DNA of 64,000 bases from an uncultured Nitrososphaerales archaeon (GTDB taxonomy: Archaea > Thermoproteota > Nitrososphaeria > Nitrososphaerales > Nitrososphaeraceae), in assembly GCA_963709405.1 (NCBI GenBank), contig CAVPXM010000050.1, positions 15,311-79,310 of the forward strand. The letters are read 5' to 3'. Both the position numbers and the translations under genes were made by a program. Of this stretch, positions 10,768 to 22,668 are shown piece by piece. Under the pieces are notes generated by a model. It was given only the letters and a program-made list of their open reading frames with translations. It was not told the origin of the DNA and ran no database searches. The number at the start of each line of letters is the position of its first letter. The first letter of the stretch is position 1.

Positions 10768-11085
10768 CTAAGGAATCAACGAACTAACCAGAATATGACC
10801 ATGTTCACTAATTGTAGCAAATGCAGTAGCGATAACGTATTCCATTCAGTTCATGATACATCGGTCAAACCAAATCATACACGATTCATATGTTTTAATT
10901 GTGGTAACGTCTGGATACAGCAGAACAATAACGATGGCAGGCTATTGTAAACAATATAGCTATTTACCAGATTTGAGTCAATATTTTAACAAACGCGGGA
11001 TTAAGACATTCACCAAAATGAACAATCAACTCTTTAAAAAGCATCTGTATAATCAGGTATCTAATGGATTATATCTTGGTATAAG

Positions 11086-11556
11086 TCATACCTGCATTTT
11101 ACCGTAGTCCCATGTAGAAAAGAACTTCGGACTAATTTCAATAACTACATTATCTCCATTTTTTGAACCCTCAGATATCATTTTTGCGATTGGGTGATCA
11201 AGCGTCCCAAGGTATTTCATACTAATTCTATCTCCTTGTGAAACTGTTTTATCTGGATCTTCTACTAAAGTTGCTATGCCTTTACCTTTGACACCTTTAT
11301 ACGGAGGATTCTCATCATCTATGGAAAAATAAATAGCTGGTTTGTTCCGGAGATTTTGAGTTTTCTTGGCTAATTTAGATGTGGTTATCAGGAGTTTTTC
11401 TCTATCTTTATTATAGTAAAACCAGACTGGTTGGATATTGGGTTCACCTTGTTCGTCAATCGTAGCCAGTTGCAAATTTAATTTACTTTCAAGGAATCTC
11501 TCGACTTCTTCCTTAGTCAGGCCAGGAACTTCGGATGTGGCATTAATGATTTTCAT
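11086..11556 (-). CDS. Pyridoxamine 5'-phosphate oxidase-family (PPOX/F420-dependent-like) protein
   Basis: LQLATIDEQGEPNIQPVWF, KTQNLRNKP, YKGVKGKG, STWDYGK. Confidence 0.88.
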   Translation of the reverse strand: MKIINATSEVPGLTKEEVERFLESKLNLQLATIDEQGEPNIQPVWFYYNKDREKLLITTSKLAKKTQNLRNKPAIYFSIDDENPPYKGVKGKGIATLVEDPDKTVSQGDRISMKYLGTLDHPIAKMISEGSKNGDNVVIEISPKFFSTWDYGKMQV

Positions 11557-11630
11557 AACCTTTCAACGACATACCAACAAAAAAGAGTTTCTTACTGCAC
11601 AAGTCTATATTTAGTAATTATGATTTTAAC

Positions 11631-11788
11631 TAATTTAAAAAATCTGATAAAGTAGTTTGCTTCGTATTACTGCTAGACAGCGCTTCTCCTGTCTTAGGCA
11701 CTTCAACATCATCCCATATTACTTCTGATAAATCCAACATTTTTCTAAAAGTGTTAGCTGTTCCAGGACCAAATCCAGCATAATGATT
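11631..11788 (-). pseudogene. DUF72-family protein, 3' part
   Basis: NHYAGFGPGTANTFRKMLDLSEVIWDD...KQTTLSDFLN*. Confidence 0.8.
11764..11788 (+). repeat. 25-bp direct repeat, copy 2 (caggaccaaatccagcataatgatt)
   Basis: 24/25 identical to 9298-9322. Confidence 0.85.
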
Positions 11789-11910
11789 CAAACCAGATTG
11801 CAATATCATCCCAATTTAATATAGAACGATGTTGAAGTGTATATATTCTATAAATAAAAAAAGATCGAATTTAAATATATAGCATAACAATCTATATTTA
11901 TTGCAATATA

Positions 11911-12081
11911 ATGGGTAAGAATAAATCGTCACAATTAATTCCCGATTCAATCAACACTCATCTACAGATATTTGGCAAGGAATCATGGGAAATGGACTAT
12001 GATCTATTTGGATATTGCCAATTCTGCAATTCCCGAATAGACGAATTAGGTTATTGTGCGTGCGGTGGATCTGCTGATTAA
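11911..12081 (+). CDS. 56-aa Cys-rich microprotein (not in ORF track)
   Basis: MGKNKSSQ...WEMDYDLFGYCQFCNSRIDELGYCACGGSAD*; T-rich tract after the stop. Confidence 0.65.
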   Translation: MGKNKSSQLIPDSINTHLQIFGKESWEMDYDLFGYCQFCNSRIDELGYCACGGSAD

Positions 12082-12651
12082 TTAGTTTTTCTTCTTGTCA
12101 TTAATTAATTGTTAAAATGCTCATGTTATGAAGCCTGCCTTTATTGGCAGCATTTGTAGTGACTCATCTATCCGATCTGAAAGGAATGTTTACGATGAAA
12201 GTGTCGTCCAAGCAACGATACTAAATACACTTAATGCAGAAAATATCGGGATATCGGTAGAAGGATTGGGGCGAGTTGAAAATCCTGACACATTCAAAAT
12301 AGACACTTCAAGAACTAGGCAAACGATTAGCGCCGATACTACTCCAAAAACAATCCAATAGTTGGACATCGTTTTCATAAACTTCATTCTTAGAGTAGGA
12401 TCGCCAGTCAAAGTCATTTCGCAGATAACAGACTAAGGTAGATTCCAATCTATTGAACGTTGCGTTCTTATTATTTGCCAGTTACGAAAAGTGAAACTAT
12501 CGGATATGAATTATTTCCGGTCTTGTAAGAATTAGTGGGCTGAAACTATAAGCCTTGTTTGATTCGAACGTATCATCTATTGGACTACACTGACTTCCGA
12601 CCTGACAACATTAAACTTGAATGCACTTGATGCCGATTATTGATGCACTAG

Positions 12652-12849
12652 TCAACGTAAAGGTCGAAATATGAAATCCCTCAATGTCTTAATTCTCTGT
12701 TGTGATATTATTCCATTAGCAAAAACGAGAGCTCCGCACGTGTTACATCGTAGCATTATTCGCCTGGTCTTGGTAGGCTTGAGCGTAGCCATAGCATTAC
12801 AAAAAAAAAGACAATGCACGTATCGTTCCCATGAATCAATAACCGACAA
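12652..12849 (-). CDS. Small zinc-ribbon protein
   Basis: CLFFC...CNTC. Confidence 0.45.
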   Translation of the reverse strand: MSVIDSWERYVHCLFFCNAMATLKPTKTRRIMLRCNTCGALVFANGIISQQRIKTLRDFIFRPLR

Positions 12850-13070
12850 GTTACTGTAGTATAATACATCATATCTAAGCTATATATATAGCGCCAAAAG
12901 GAATACATGAGATAGGCACACAACCGTTACGTGCAGCCGATCTGATATACTAGTACACCTTATATAATTTCTTCCTGTAGCACGATCTGATGGAAAGTGG
13001 AAAGGATCATACATCGATTAGAAGTATAGCTTATGAAACACTGCTTTTTCGGCTCAAGAAGGAGAGAAAC

Positions 13071-13530
13071 AATGACTGACCACAAGATAGGAACACGTGA
13101 GGAGTGGCTTGCGGACCGGCTGGAAGCTGCTCAAGGCCGAGAAGGCTCTGACGCGGCATAGCGACGAACTGGCGCAGTGGCGGCAGAGGCTGCCGTGGGT
13201 TCGAATTGATAAGGAGTACCGTTTCGAGACCGACGAGGGCAAGGCGTCTCTCGCCGATCTCTTCAGAGGACGCTCGCAGCTCCTCATCTATCACTTCATG
13301 TTCGGTCCCGAGTACCACCAGGAGGCTGCGCTGCATGTTCGGCGATCGCGGACGGCTTCAACGGCTTCGCCGCGCATCTCGAGCACCACGACGTCGCGAT
13401 GATCGCAGTCTCACGCGCCCTGATCGCCACGCTGCAAGCCTACAAGCGCCGCATGGGCTGGACATTCACGTGGGCATCATCGCTGAACAGTGACTTCAAC
13501 TACGACTTCAACACGTCGTTCACCGAGGCA
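13071..13530 (+). pseudogene. DUF899 (thioredoxin-like) protein, GC-rich, frameshifted and 3'-truncated
   Basis: MTDHKIGTREEWLA, LPWVRIDKEYRF, LFRGRSQLLIYHFMFGP, YKRRMGW, DFNYDF; SD-like aaggaga upstream. Confidence 0.9.
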
Positions 13531-13538
13531 GCTGCCGC

Positions 13539-15292
13539 TCAGCCAGCTCCGCTACCTCTGGCTGGCGATGTTGTTGTTATTGTCGTTGAATTCGAACTTG
13601 GTTTAGGCAAGACCTGCAATGCCATGATATGACCGTTATAAGTCGTGTAATAGAGGAGACCGCCGTAGCCAGGAGCTGGTGGAGCACCGGCAGACATACC
13701 GCTGAAGTAGTCTGAGGCTGCTAGTAGCTTGCCTGTAGGCAGCGTCTCTCCACTGTACCTGTTCAGTGTAAGCAGGAGGAGGATTGTTCACCATTTGAGA
13801 GATGGTCGTACCGGGGTGCATGTTTGTCCCGACGAGCACTCGGTGATTGGCCGGACCTATGAGCGACAAGAAGGCTAATGTCACTCTGGTTAGCCCTCCA
13901 TGCTACTGACGTATTGCCAGTCACCGGGTTGTACTTCGAGCCCCACTATCTTGTCTGCGCCGCTGTCCTGAACGTACATCATATGGTTCACCGGGTCAAC
14001 CAGCTGAATTGGAAGGTATATCAGCTCTGCTGCCCAGGAGCAAGGGGAATCGGGTCAATTCGAGTCATCTTGCTAGCGTTGGCCTGCGATACAGCCACGA
14101 CGCTTAGCGGTGTTGTAGTAGGTGGACAGCAGTTGGTAAAGTCGAAAACCCAGTCACCCGCGATCATATTTGCTAAAAGGTTAGTCTGACCTGGCTTTGT
14201 AATCTTAGCTGGCAGCCAGCTGTTGTCTAGCGTAAGATTCTTGCCATTCCAAATGTAGCGGAAAAGATTTGACGAATTGCCTATGTACGCGTAATCCTTG
14301 CCATTGTACACCGTGGCGGCTACTCTAGATGCAACGTTACCCTTTAGCTGAATAGAGTCAAGTACTTTCCACGTCTTTGAATCGACTATGTCCATGACCG
14401 AATTTGGAGCACTACTTTGGCCTGGACATGGTATAGCGAAGGGAAGACCTCCATCGTATGAACATCCTGGTGCTCTAGTCTGAGATTTCAGAACAAGAGT
14501 ACCGTCTGGCCAGCCTGCTATACCGTTGAAGTCGGTGTTATATGGCAGACTGGGGCCTGTTGGCAAGTTAAGCACTGCCTCGACAGCTCCTGTAGTTACC
14601 ATTCAGCTTCTACAAATAGCTATCAGCGACGACTGCGAGGCTGCCATCCGCAAGCACATTGAGACCTCCAATATAGTTCCATACGCCTGTCGGAGACGTG
14701 GTAGCATTCAAGTTGGCTAGATCTGTCCGCCATAGCTGCGTTAGATCTCCGACATTGAGTTTGGCTACGAATGGTCCTGAAGGCTTTGGAATAGCACTAC
14801 CCCATGCTCCGCCATAGACATACAGTTCGTTTACTCCTCGAGTCACCGAGAAGATTGGACTATAGTACTGAACAGGGGACGCGTAGGCAAATACCTGGTT
14901 GGGACCTGTAAACGACCCTCCGAACTGTGCGCAAGCGTATACGTGCGTACGGTTGCTGTCATGAAGCTCGGCTGGATTGACAGTAGGATACCATGGCAGA
15001 TTCTTTTCTGCCGCGGCGCACTTCGCCTCTTGTAATGCCATTGTATGATTACCGGGGAGCGATCCACCTGCTGCTTTCTGGTTAGGAGTAACCCCCACGT
15101 TTGCAATACCTTGTGGCTGGGGTGGAGGAAGTACCGGAGCTCATTCGTAGCAAGAGTCGCGAGGCTGCTGTTGCTGCCGCCAACTCTGGCATAGCCTGGT
15201 GGCCCACTAGTAACGGGGAGTAGCAGGCCCAGCAAGGCTAGAAAGATGAAAGCTAATAAATTCATGTTATGGATGTTCCTATAACTTTTCAT
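13539..15292 (-). pseudogene. Large secreted hypothetical protein, split by frameshifts/stops, elevated GC
   Basis: Signal peptide in ORF 14843-15292; collinear ORFs 14610-15098, 14021-14602 and 13636-13884; tail GHIMALQVLPKP...GAG*. Confidence 0.65.
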
Positions 15293-15711
15293 AACGCTGT
15301 AGAGTAAAAAGAAAGCATTTAAAGAGATCTATGAGAGTGTCTTGCTCTCATGTGCAGTGCACTCGCTCGCTATCTCAGTATGACTAGCCATCAGGCGCTA
15401 ATGTACTCATCATCCAAGGTCCGGTGATACTAAGTTCGCTATCAAGAAAGTATCGATGACAATAAGTCTAAAGTAGCCGGGATCTAATGCGAGTTTGAAC
15501 GCAGGCAGAGCTTGCTACCGGATTTGAATATTTTTGTATAATAATGTATTCTCAGTGTCATTACTGATAGATAATCGCGGCATCCTCTCCCTCGTATCTG
15601 GTATCCAGCTTCCTAATTAACATCAATTCCTTCAGTCGGCCTGCTTATATTCTAAAATATCTTACCATTTTTCATACAAAAATTACTTATGGCATTACAA
15701 AGGCTTTAAAA

Positions 15712-16116
15712 TCATTTTCTTATAGCACTTTCATCCATGTATATTACTTCCCAAATATGCCCATTAATGTCCTCAAAACTGCGTCCATACATCCATCCGT
15801 GATCTTGGGCCTCTCTCGGTTCGCTGCCTCCAGATTCTATTGCCTTATTTATCATCTGATCTACTTTTTCTCTGCTTTCGGCGGATAATGCTACTATTAC
15901 TTCTGTATTTTTTGAGGTATCACAAATTTCCTTTTTAGTAAAAGTTTTAAAAAATTTTTCAACCAAGAGCATGACGAATATATCATCACCAATAATCATA
16001 CATGTTGCATTCTCATCAGTAAATTGAGGGTTAAATTTGAAACCAAGTTTGGTAAAGAACTCAATTGTTTTATTGAGATCTTTGACTGGTAAATTTACAA
16101 AAATTTTTGTTGTCAT
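15712..16116 (-). CDS. VOC/glyoxalase-family protein
   Basis: IFVNLPVKDL, FNPQFTDE, MYGRSFEDINGHIWE. Confidence 0.92.
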   Translation of the reverse strand: MTTKIFVNLPVKDLNKTIEFFTKLGFKFNPQFTDENATCMIIGDDIFVMLLVEKFFKTFTKKEICDTSKNTEVIVALSAESREKVDQMINKAIESGGSEPREAQDHGWMYGRSFEDINGHIWEVIYMDESAIRK

Positions 16117-16307
16117 TATTTCTGAATAAAGACTGAAGACTATAAAACGTTTTTCAAATACATGCTCTTGGTCTAAAGGATCTACTTCAAAAGAAATTTA
16201 CTTTGGGTTCGTATCAGCTTGAGCCCTTATATGAGGGGATTCAATCTTATAGGATCAATATTAAGTCATTAGACTTGAAGACGCTTCTAATTATCCTCGA
16301 GTCATTT

Positions 16308-17967
16308 TCATTGTGGCAGTATATCCCAATGTGATCCAGGACGCACAAGACCATTTTCATCTAGTACTTCGGATATTAAATGTACTTTGCCATCAGATTT
16401 TTCTTTTTGTATTTTGATATATCCAAAATTGAAGATTTTATTTTCTTGATATTTGGCTGTAGCATTAATTGTTGGATCAGGTAGACTTGCTTTAACTGGA
16501 ATTGCACTTATAGGTCCACTAATCAGTTCATGGTAAATCAGTTTGTGTCCATCATGATTAGGGTCATCTTCAACTAGTATATTTGTTGGGAAGTGTACAT
16601 CTGTTGCAACAACGACTACATTTTTTATATTATGGTCATCTAGGAATTTTAAAAAATCTGAACGTTCTCTTGTAAAAGTCTTTTTAAAAGTACTACTAGG
16701 TACTGTTAGTAGCCCAATTATCGCAACCTAATTCTTTGTTAAAGCAACTTGGTATTGTAGTCGGAACATCAGCAGAGATAACTTTCCATGTGGCAGCAGA
16801 GTTAAGAAGACTATCTTCTAACCATTGAAACTGATCTATACCTAATAATGTTTTATTATTTTGCGGAGTATCAGGCAGATCATTTCGGCTACGATAAGAA
16901 TGCATATCCAGTATGAACAAATCAAGGTCTTTACCCCAATGGAAAGACCTATAAATGCGATTTGGTTCGTCTTTGTTTGTATCTATTGGTGAGAAGTTAA
17001 AAAATGCATTAATGCCAGCTTTTACTACATTAGGAAAGCCCGCTCTTCCTTTAGTTGCATTAGTCCAATACAACCATTTACCACCATAATCATTTACGAC
17101 TTCATGGTCGTCTGCCTGAGAATACAAGGATGTATTACGCAAGAGACTCTGTAAATGAGGATCCGCTCTGTTATATTCCCAGTGTTTGTTGTAAATATCT
17201 TGTAGCTGAGTTTGGTTAGCCCAATTAACCTCTTTATCAGTAACACTTGGGAAGTTTCCTTCTATGTTTGTCCATCCTGTAACATTTATTGGACCATTTG
17301 CAGAACATGCAATATCTCCATAAATTTGATCTCCATTAAATATAAAGAAGTCAGGAGATAGTGACTGCATTACAGAAAAGATTGGATAACCCTGTATTCC
17401 TCCTGTACCAAGGCGTCTACAATAGTTCTGTCCACCAAGATCCCCTCCAAAAACAAAGCTAACTGATTTGCTAGTCAAACGATCTGGAGCTGTCTTAAAA
17501 GTTCCTGTCATGTATGAGGAATTGGCTCCTAATGAGGGAGTTTTCATTGTAGATTCTTCTTTACTTTTACTGTCATTTTCAAAGTTAGAAAACCAGATAC
17601 GATAATAGTATAGAGTATCATGATTAAGGGACTCAAGCTTTACGTGGCCTGAAAAATCTGCTGTCCGATTAACTAAAATAATCTTTGACTTTGCATGGGA
17701 GAAAGTTGATACAGTATCATATTGTACATTCATTAGAGCCTGTGAATTAGAACGCGACCATATGATAGTGCTATGGTCTGTAACATCACCGCTAGCAATA
17801 CCACCTGTAAGAGATAATTTGTTTATGTTGATATTATTGTTGGTACTTAGCGCATGTGCTGAATAGTATGATGATAATGATAATGGTATAACGCCAATAC
17901 TGCTAAAAGCTAAAAGAGTGAAAATCACTATAGATGATATAATAATGAGTTTTGAATATTCAAACAT
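16308..17967 (-). CDS. phoD: Alkaline phosphatase D (PhoD) family, one frameshift near 16700
   Basis: GIASGDVT, FNGDQIY, DDHEVVND, LDMHSYR; shifted frame continues with ATDVH and ELISGP to a stop at 16308. Confidence 0.88.
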
Positions 17968-18639
17968 CCAAACCTAGACAGTTACAAAATATTTAACGGT
18001 TCCTATATATACAGCCAGTTCACATTTAATCGATAATACCTATATCATGTACTTTAAATTGTGAACAATGGAGAAGGTCTTTAATAATAAGTCTACTACT
18101 TTTACAGGCATACCGATCTTGAATGTTCCAATGACTAACTGATATCAAATTTCTCAGGATTAATAGCTATTCTCCCATCATCATTTTTCGATATCATTTT
18201 GCAATGTCCTATTATAGCTTAGTGCTCTGTATTGAAATTAACACGAACAACTTTCATGTCTTGAATACTATTCCATATTATTTCAGATTTGTATCTGGCA
18301 AGTATCCTACAAAACTAGGAGCTTTATCATTTTACTAGGTTAGTCAAGCATAGATAGCCGAACAGATAATAATTAAAGCAAGCCTTAATTTGCAACCGTC
18401 TTTTCAGAGTGAATTTTAGAACCACAAATACTAATATGAAAAATCTTTCGCCATCAACAACTACTTCTATCTCTTTAAATAAAGCAAGGTCAAATTCTCA
18501 TAGTGGATCAAAACCAGGTATCAAAGGTTAATAAAGATGTATTCCTAAATGAAGGATAGCGTTATTTGTCTCTGACTGCACTTTTTCGGTCATTTTCTGT
18601 CATAGCTATCGCCGCAATAGTTCTTTAGACGTCTTCTAA

Positions 18640-18890
18640 CATAGCATTATCCTTTTCCAATGGACAACCCGCATCTTATGTATTAGGACAGCCGGATTTC
18701 AAGTCTAATAGCAAATTTGCAGGTGGTATTGTCACGAGTTCAAGATCACTCAACAGGCCAGTTGAACTGGCATAGACTATAAGGACAATCTTTGGGTTAC
18801 CGACACTTTTAATGGTCAGGTTTTAAGTATGTTCCTCCATTTACAAATGGAAAAGTAGCAAATGTGGTATTAGGGCAACCAGACTTATGA
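18640..18890 (+). pseudogene. NHL-repeat-like protein remnant
   Basis: Two repeat units FSNGQPASYVLGQPDF and FTNGKVANVVLGQPDL. Confidence 0.6.
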
Positions 18891-19018
18891 ATGTGTAAAA
18901 AATCTGGGCTAATTACCCAAATTCATAATGAGATACGGAATCTCAAATTTGATGTTTGATATAATAATGTGTTCTCAGTATCATTAATATGTTATAACAA
19001 GCTTTTTAGTATACATTA

Positions 19019-19633
19019 ATGGTGTTATACGGACTTTTATGTACTTTAGGTATCAAGGGTGGATTAACTTTAGGCCTTACTGCGGCTGAACTTTTAACAT
19101 CCTATTGGAATTGCAGAAACTCAAGAGATAAGCCCTCCCAACCTCGTAAGGTCCATCTTCTCGATAGGAGATTACATCATGGAGAAATTGGTACAGTATT
19201 AGCTTTATCTTCACTGCTGTTGAGAGCAACATCAGTTCCGACTGCAGCCGCTGCACTCATGGCAGGAGTAGGGATGGGTCTTGTTAAGGATGATTATGCA
19301 GACATGGGAGAATGGTTCAGATTCAAGAAAAAAAATGTTAACGATCAGAAACATACAGAGGTAAAAATGACATCTTTCAAACACCAAAAAGAAATCTCAG
19401 CAACTGAAGAGAAACAATATGAAAATGGTTCTAAATCAGAAAAAAGATCTCCGAACATTTTCGACATATCAGTATTCCATGACCATGAAGATAAAAAAAT
19501 AATAGAAAATCTTATCCTTGAACCTCTACAGAAGCAGGTACGAAATCTAATAGATGCACAATCACAAACGATAAAACAAATTGAATTACAGATAAAAAAA
19601 TCGCGAGGTAGGTTGCAGCTGAATAAAACCTAA
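19019..19633 (+). CDS. Hypothetical membrane protein with coiled-coil tail
   Basis: 204-aa ORF, hydrophobic segments, RLHHGEIG motif. Confidence 0.6.
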   Translation: MVLYGLLCTLGIKGGLTLGLTAAELLTSYWNCRNSRDKPSQPRKVHLLDRRLHHGEIGTVLALSSLLLRATSVPTAAAALMAGVGMGLVKDDYADMGEWFRFKKKNVNDQKHTEVKMTSFKHQKEISATEEKQYENGSKSEKRSPNIFDISVFHDHEDKKIIENLILEPLQKQVRNLIDAQSQTIKQIELQIKKSRGRLQLNKT

Positions 19634-20370
19634 AACTTAGACCAGTCAACATGTTATGTATGTACTTATGTACGTATGATAACTGTGGTCCGAGAGTGGG
19701 ATTTTTGGATATTCTGGATTAAGAGGTGCAGTAAACAATACAAACTTAAAAGATAACAGAGATGAATGTTGTAGCCGATAATTGAAATAACATAGGATCT
19801 AATAAAAAATAGGATTAAAATCATTTACGAAAACAAGCTGCCGACAAACCAATGTCTGAATATTGCATGTATTATATAAATAAGCACAATCATATTGCTT
19901 TTCAGAGATGCTGCTCAAAGATGAAAGCGCCAAATCCTAAATAATTGATTCTCTTTCTAATTTCACTGTCATAACGATCATTCAAATTCCAGTAATATTC
20001 TCATAATTTGACAAACCTGCGAATCTGATTCAAACTCAAATGATGTACCATGAAAGTAAGATGAATTATCTAAAACCTACTACTATCAATTTCGCCTTTA
20101 ATGAAAGCCTTTCAGTCCTTAGACATGCCTGGAGGTTCCTTAATCATTGTTGAATCAACCCTGGTTACTCAAGTTTTCAAATATTGATTCAACCGGTAAT
20201 GTATAGACTGATGAAGAATGTGCGCATTAGTACCCCTACCTATTTGAGCTTGAACTAAAAATTCTTGGTAGCAGGTGAAATCAGGTGGAAACAGATGGTA
20301 GCAGATGATAACAAGGAGATAATATTTGCTTCGTCTTTCTTTTTTATATTATATTTATAAAATAAAGTAG

Positions 20371-21522
20371 ATGGTTTTAACAAGGCAGGAAAAGGAGCAG
20401 CGTATTCTCGACCTTTTCCAGCAGGGCTATCATACCCGCGAAATAGCTCGAGAAACTCACACTTCATTCCGAGATATAAGCATCATTCTGAAAAGAACGT
20501 CTAAACAGAAGGAAATTGGAAAAGCTCAAGCAGAAAGAGCGTCTATATCAACAAACGCGTACCGACTTTTCTCCAAAGGTAAGACTACGCTGGAAGTGAC
20601 TCTTGCTTTACAGTTAAAAGCTGATGAAGCGATCGAATATCATAAAGAATACTGTAAGTTAATACAACATGACGACTTGATTCATGTGTATGAAGAGCTT
20701 AAAGGAAATATTTGGCCTCTCGTGACTCTACATAGATTATTAACAGCTGCAGGCATGACTACAACAGAAGTCATCAACCTGCTAAAGATAACGAATAACG
20801 ACCTATCAACAGTGGGATCTAGGTTCGAAACGCTAAGCAAAGATGTGATATCGCTAGAATTAGAAAAACAGAACTCGAATAGAATTGTATTAGGACTAAA
20901 CAATCAGATAACGAATTTCCGGGAAAGAATGGAACACAATTTTATGTTCTTACAAGAACTAAACGCAGAAATTGATCAGTTATACCAAAGAAAGATGAAA
21001 TTAGAAGGGTTGATAAGACATTTTGAAAATAATAATCAAACATATCTCACAATTAAGAAGAATATTGAAGAAAAGGTATATGGTACTTTATGCGGTGGAA
21101 AGATGTTCTTAAAATTAGCCCTATTTTCTTTAATTGAGTCAATCAGTAATAATGCAGATAAATATACCTCTCTGCTTTATATGGTCTCATCTTCACCAAC
21201 ATATTATAACTGCAAACATTACGGGCCCCACATCCACGAAGAATACCCCTCCCAAATTCAAGATAATAAAGTTATTATGGATATGATATTAGAAGAGGCT
21301 GAAAAACTTTTCAACAAACTAGCAAAAAAGATAGGCGAAGAAAGTATTACTTATGCTTCCAACATGGTGTCTTCATCCTTCTATTTGTTGCCATCATTTG
21401 ATGAACAAGAAAAGACCCGTGCCTGCCCAGAACAGGTACCACTACATAATCCAACAGAGACCCATAAGAGAATTGGACATCTATCTAATACGACCAGTAA
21501 TGATAGTATCACGAAAAAGTAA
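20371..21522 (+). CDS. HTH plus coiled-coil protein (multicopy Nitrososphaeraceae-type family)
   Basis: MVLTRQEKEQRILDLFQQGYHTREIARETHTSFRDI; long heptad region. Confidence 0.75.
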   Translation: MVLTRQEKEQRILDLFQQGYHTREIARETHTSFRDISIILKRTSKQKEIGKAQAERASISTNAYRLFSKGKTTLEVTLALQLKADEAIEYHKEYCKLIQHDDLIHVYEELKGNIWPLVTLHRLLTAAGMTTTEVINLLKITNNDLSTVGSRFETLSKDVISLELEKQNSNRIVLGLNNQITNFRERMEHNFMFLQELNAEIDQLYQRKMKLEGLIRHFENNNQTYLTIKKNIEEKVYGTLCGGKMFLKLALFSLIESISNNADKYTSLLYMVSSSPTYYNCKHYGPHIHEEYPSQIQDNKVIMDMILEEAEKLFNKLAKKIGEESITYASNMVSSSFYLLPSFDEQEKTRACPEQVPLHNPTETHKRIGHLSNTTSNDSITKK

Positions 21523-22668
21523 TGATAAGTAATGTTTAGCAACAATGTCGGTATAAATTACTCAACTATAAGCAAAAAAGCATGGGATTTGAGAATGTGG
21601 ACAAATTTGATAATTATGTCAGTAATAAGATGAAGATGTGTGATATTACGATGATTGCTTCGAGCCACTATCCTAATTTTTCGGCCAGTTTCCAGTAGCT
21701 TATATGTGTCTAGAATGCAATTCTGTTATTGTTTACAATTATCAAAATTTAGATTAATTGACCTATATTAAATTATTTTTAGCACTCTAAAGACTTTATA
21801 TCATAAATTAATCAACTTTAGGCTTAAAGCTATTGTTATCATTTGTTATCATATTGCTTCCACGTGTTACTCCCACATTTCCACATATAATCAACTCTTT
21901 TCATCTGTTTACTGCTGCTACCATTACAAGTTTAATTGTGTTCGGTGGAGGTAGTCATGACTTTAAATTGATTTTCATTCAATAGTTTTCCTGTATGTTT
22001 CTTGCATAGTCTTGTTTATTTATGCTCGTCCTCAGGTCTATGTGTATCAAATTCTGAGTTAGGAAAACCAGTAGGATAAATTCATGGGATGAGAATAGAT
22101 TCTATAGACATATCCTGGCAGACGCTAAGATGTGGCTGTAACTATATTAACAGTACCAAAAGTGAAATTCTTTCACAGAATAACTAAATAAAATAGGTTT
22201 AGCAAACTACTTGGATCAATCATTCGATGTACTAGAACTCAAAAATACATAGCTTAGCAAATGATCGCAATATTCAAAGATGAGAATGAATATGGTATCG
22301 TATACTAGTCCTCTTCGCTACATTAGAAGAGTGGTTGCTGGATATAGTATGCGCTAGTTGGAGCGCATAAATAATACTCCTTGTTTTGACATTATTTAGA
22401 ATTTTTCAATTTTAGATGCCACGGTCAACACTTACAAGAATGAATTGGGTTATTATAGTTGTGGGTTTCGTTATTATTGCTTACCGTTATCAGAATCAAT
22501 AATACAATTAGTTCGGTATCACTCATATCACTTTCATAAAGAATTGATTACGCCTTTTTTCAACAGAATAATATGTTCTACAAGTACATGCAGAAATAAG
22601 TGTATACAAATATTTAATCATGGTTTGATCATAAATGTTCATTCATTATTATTATTATTTTAACGCAA

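Noticed and set aside
13031-14189. Antisense and overlapping ORFs in the GC-rich patch
   Set aside because: Shadow frames caused by low stop-codon frequency
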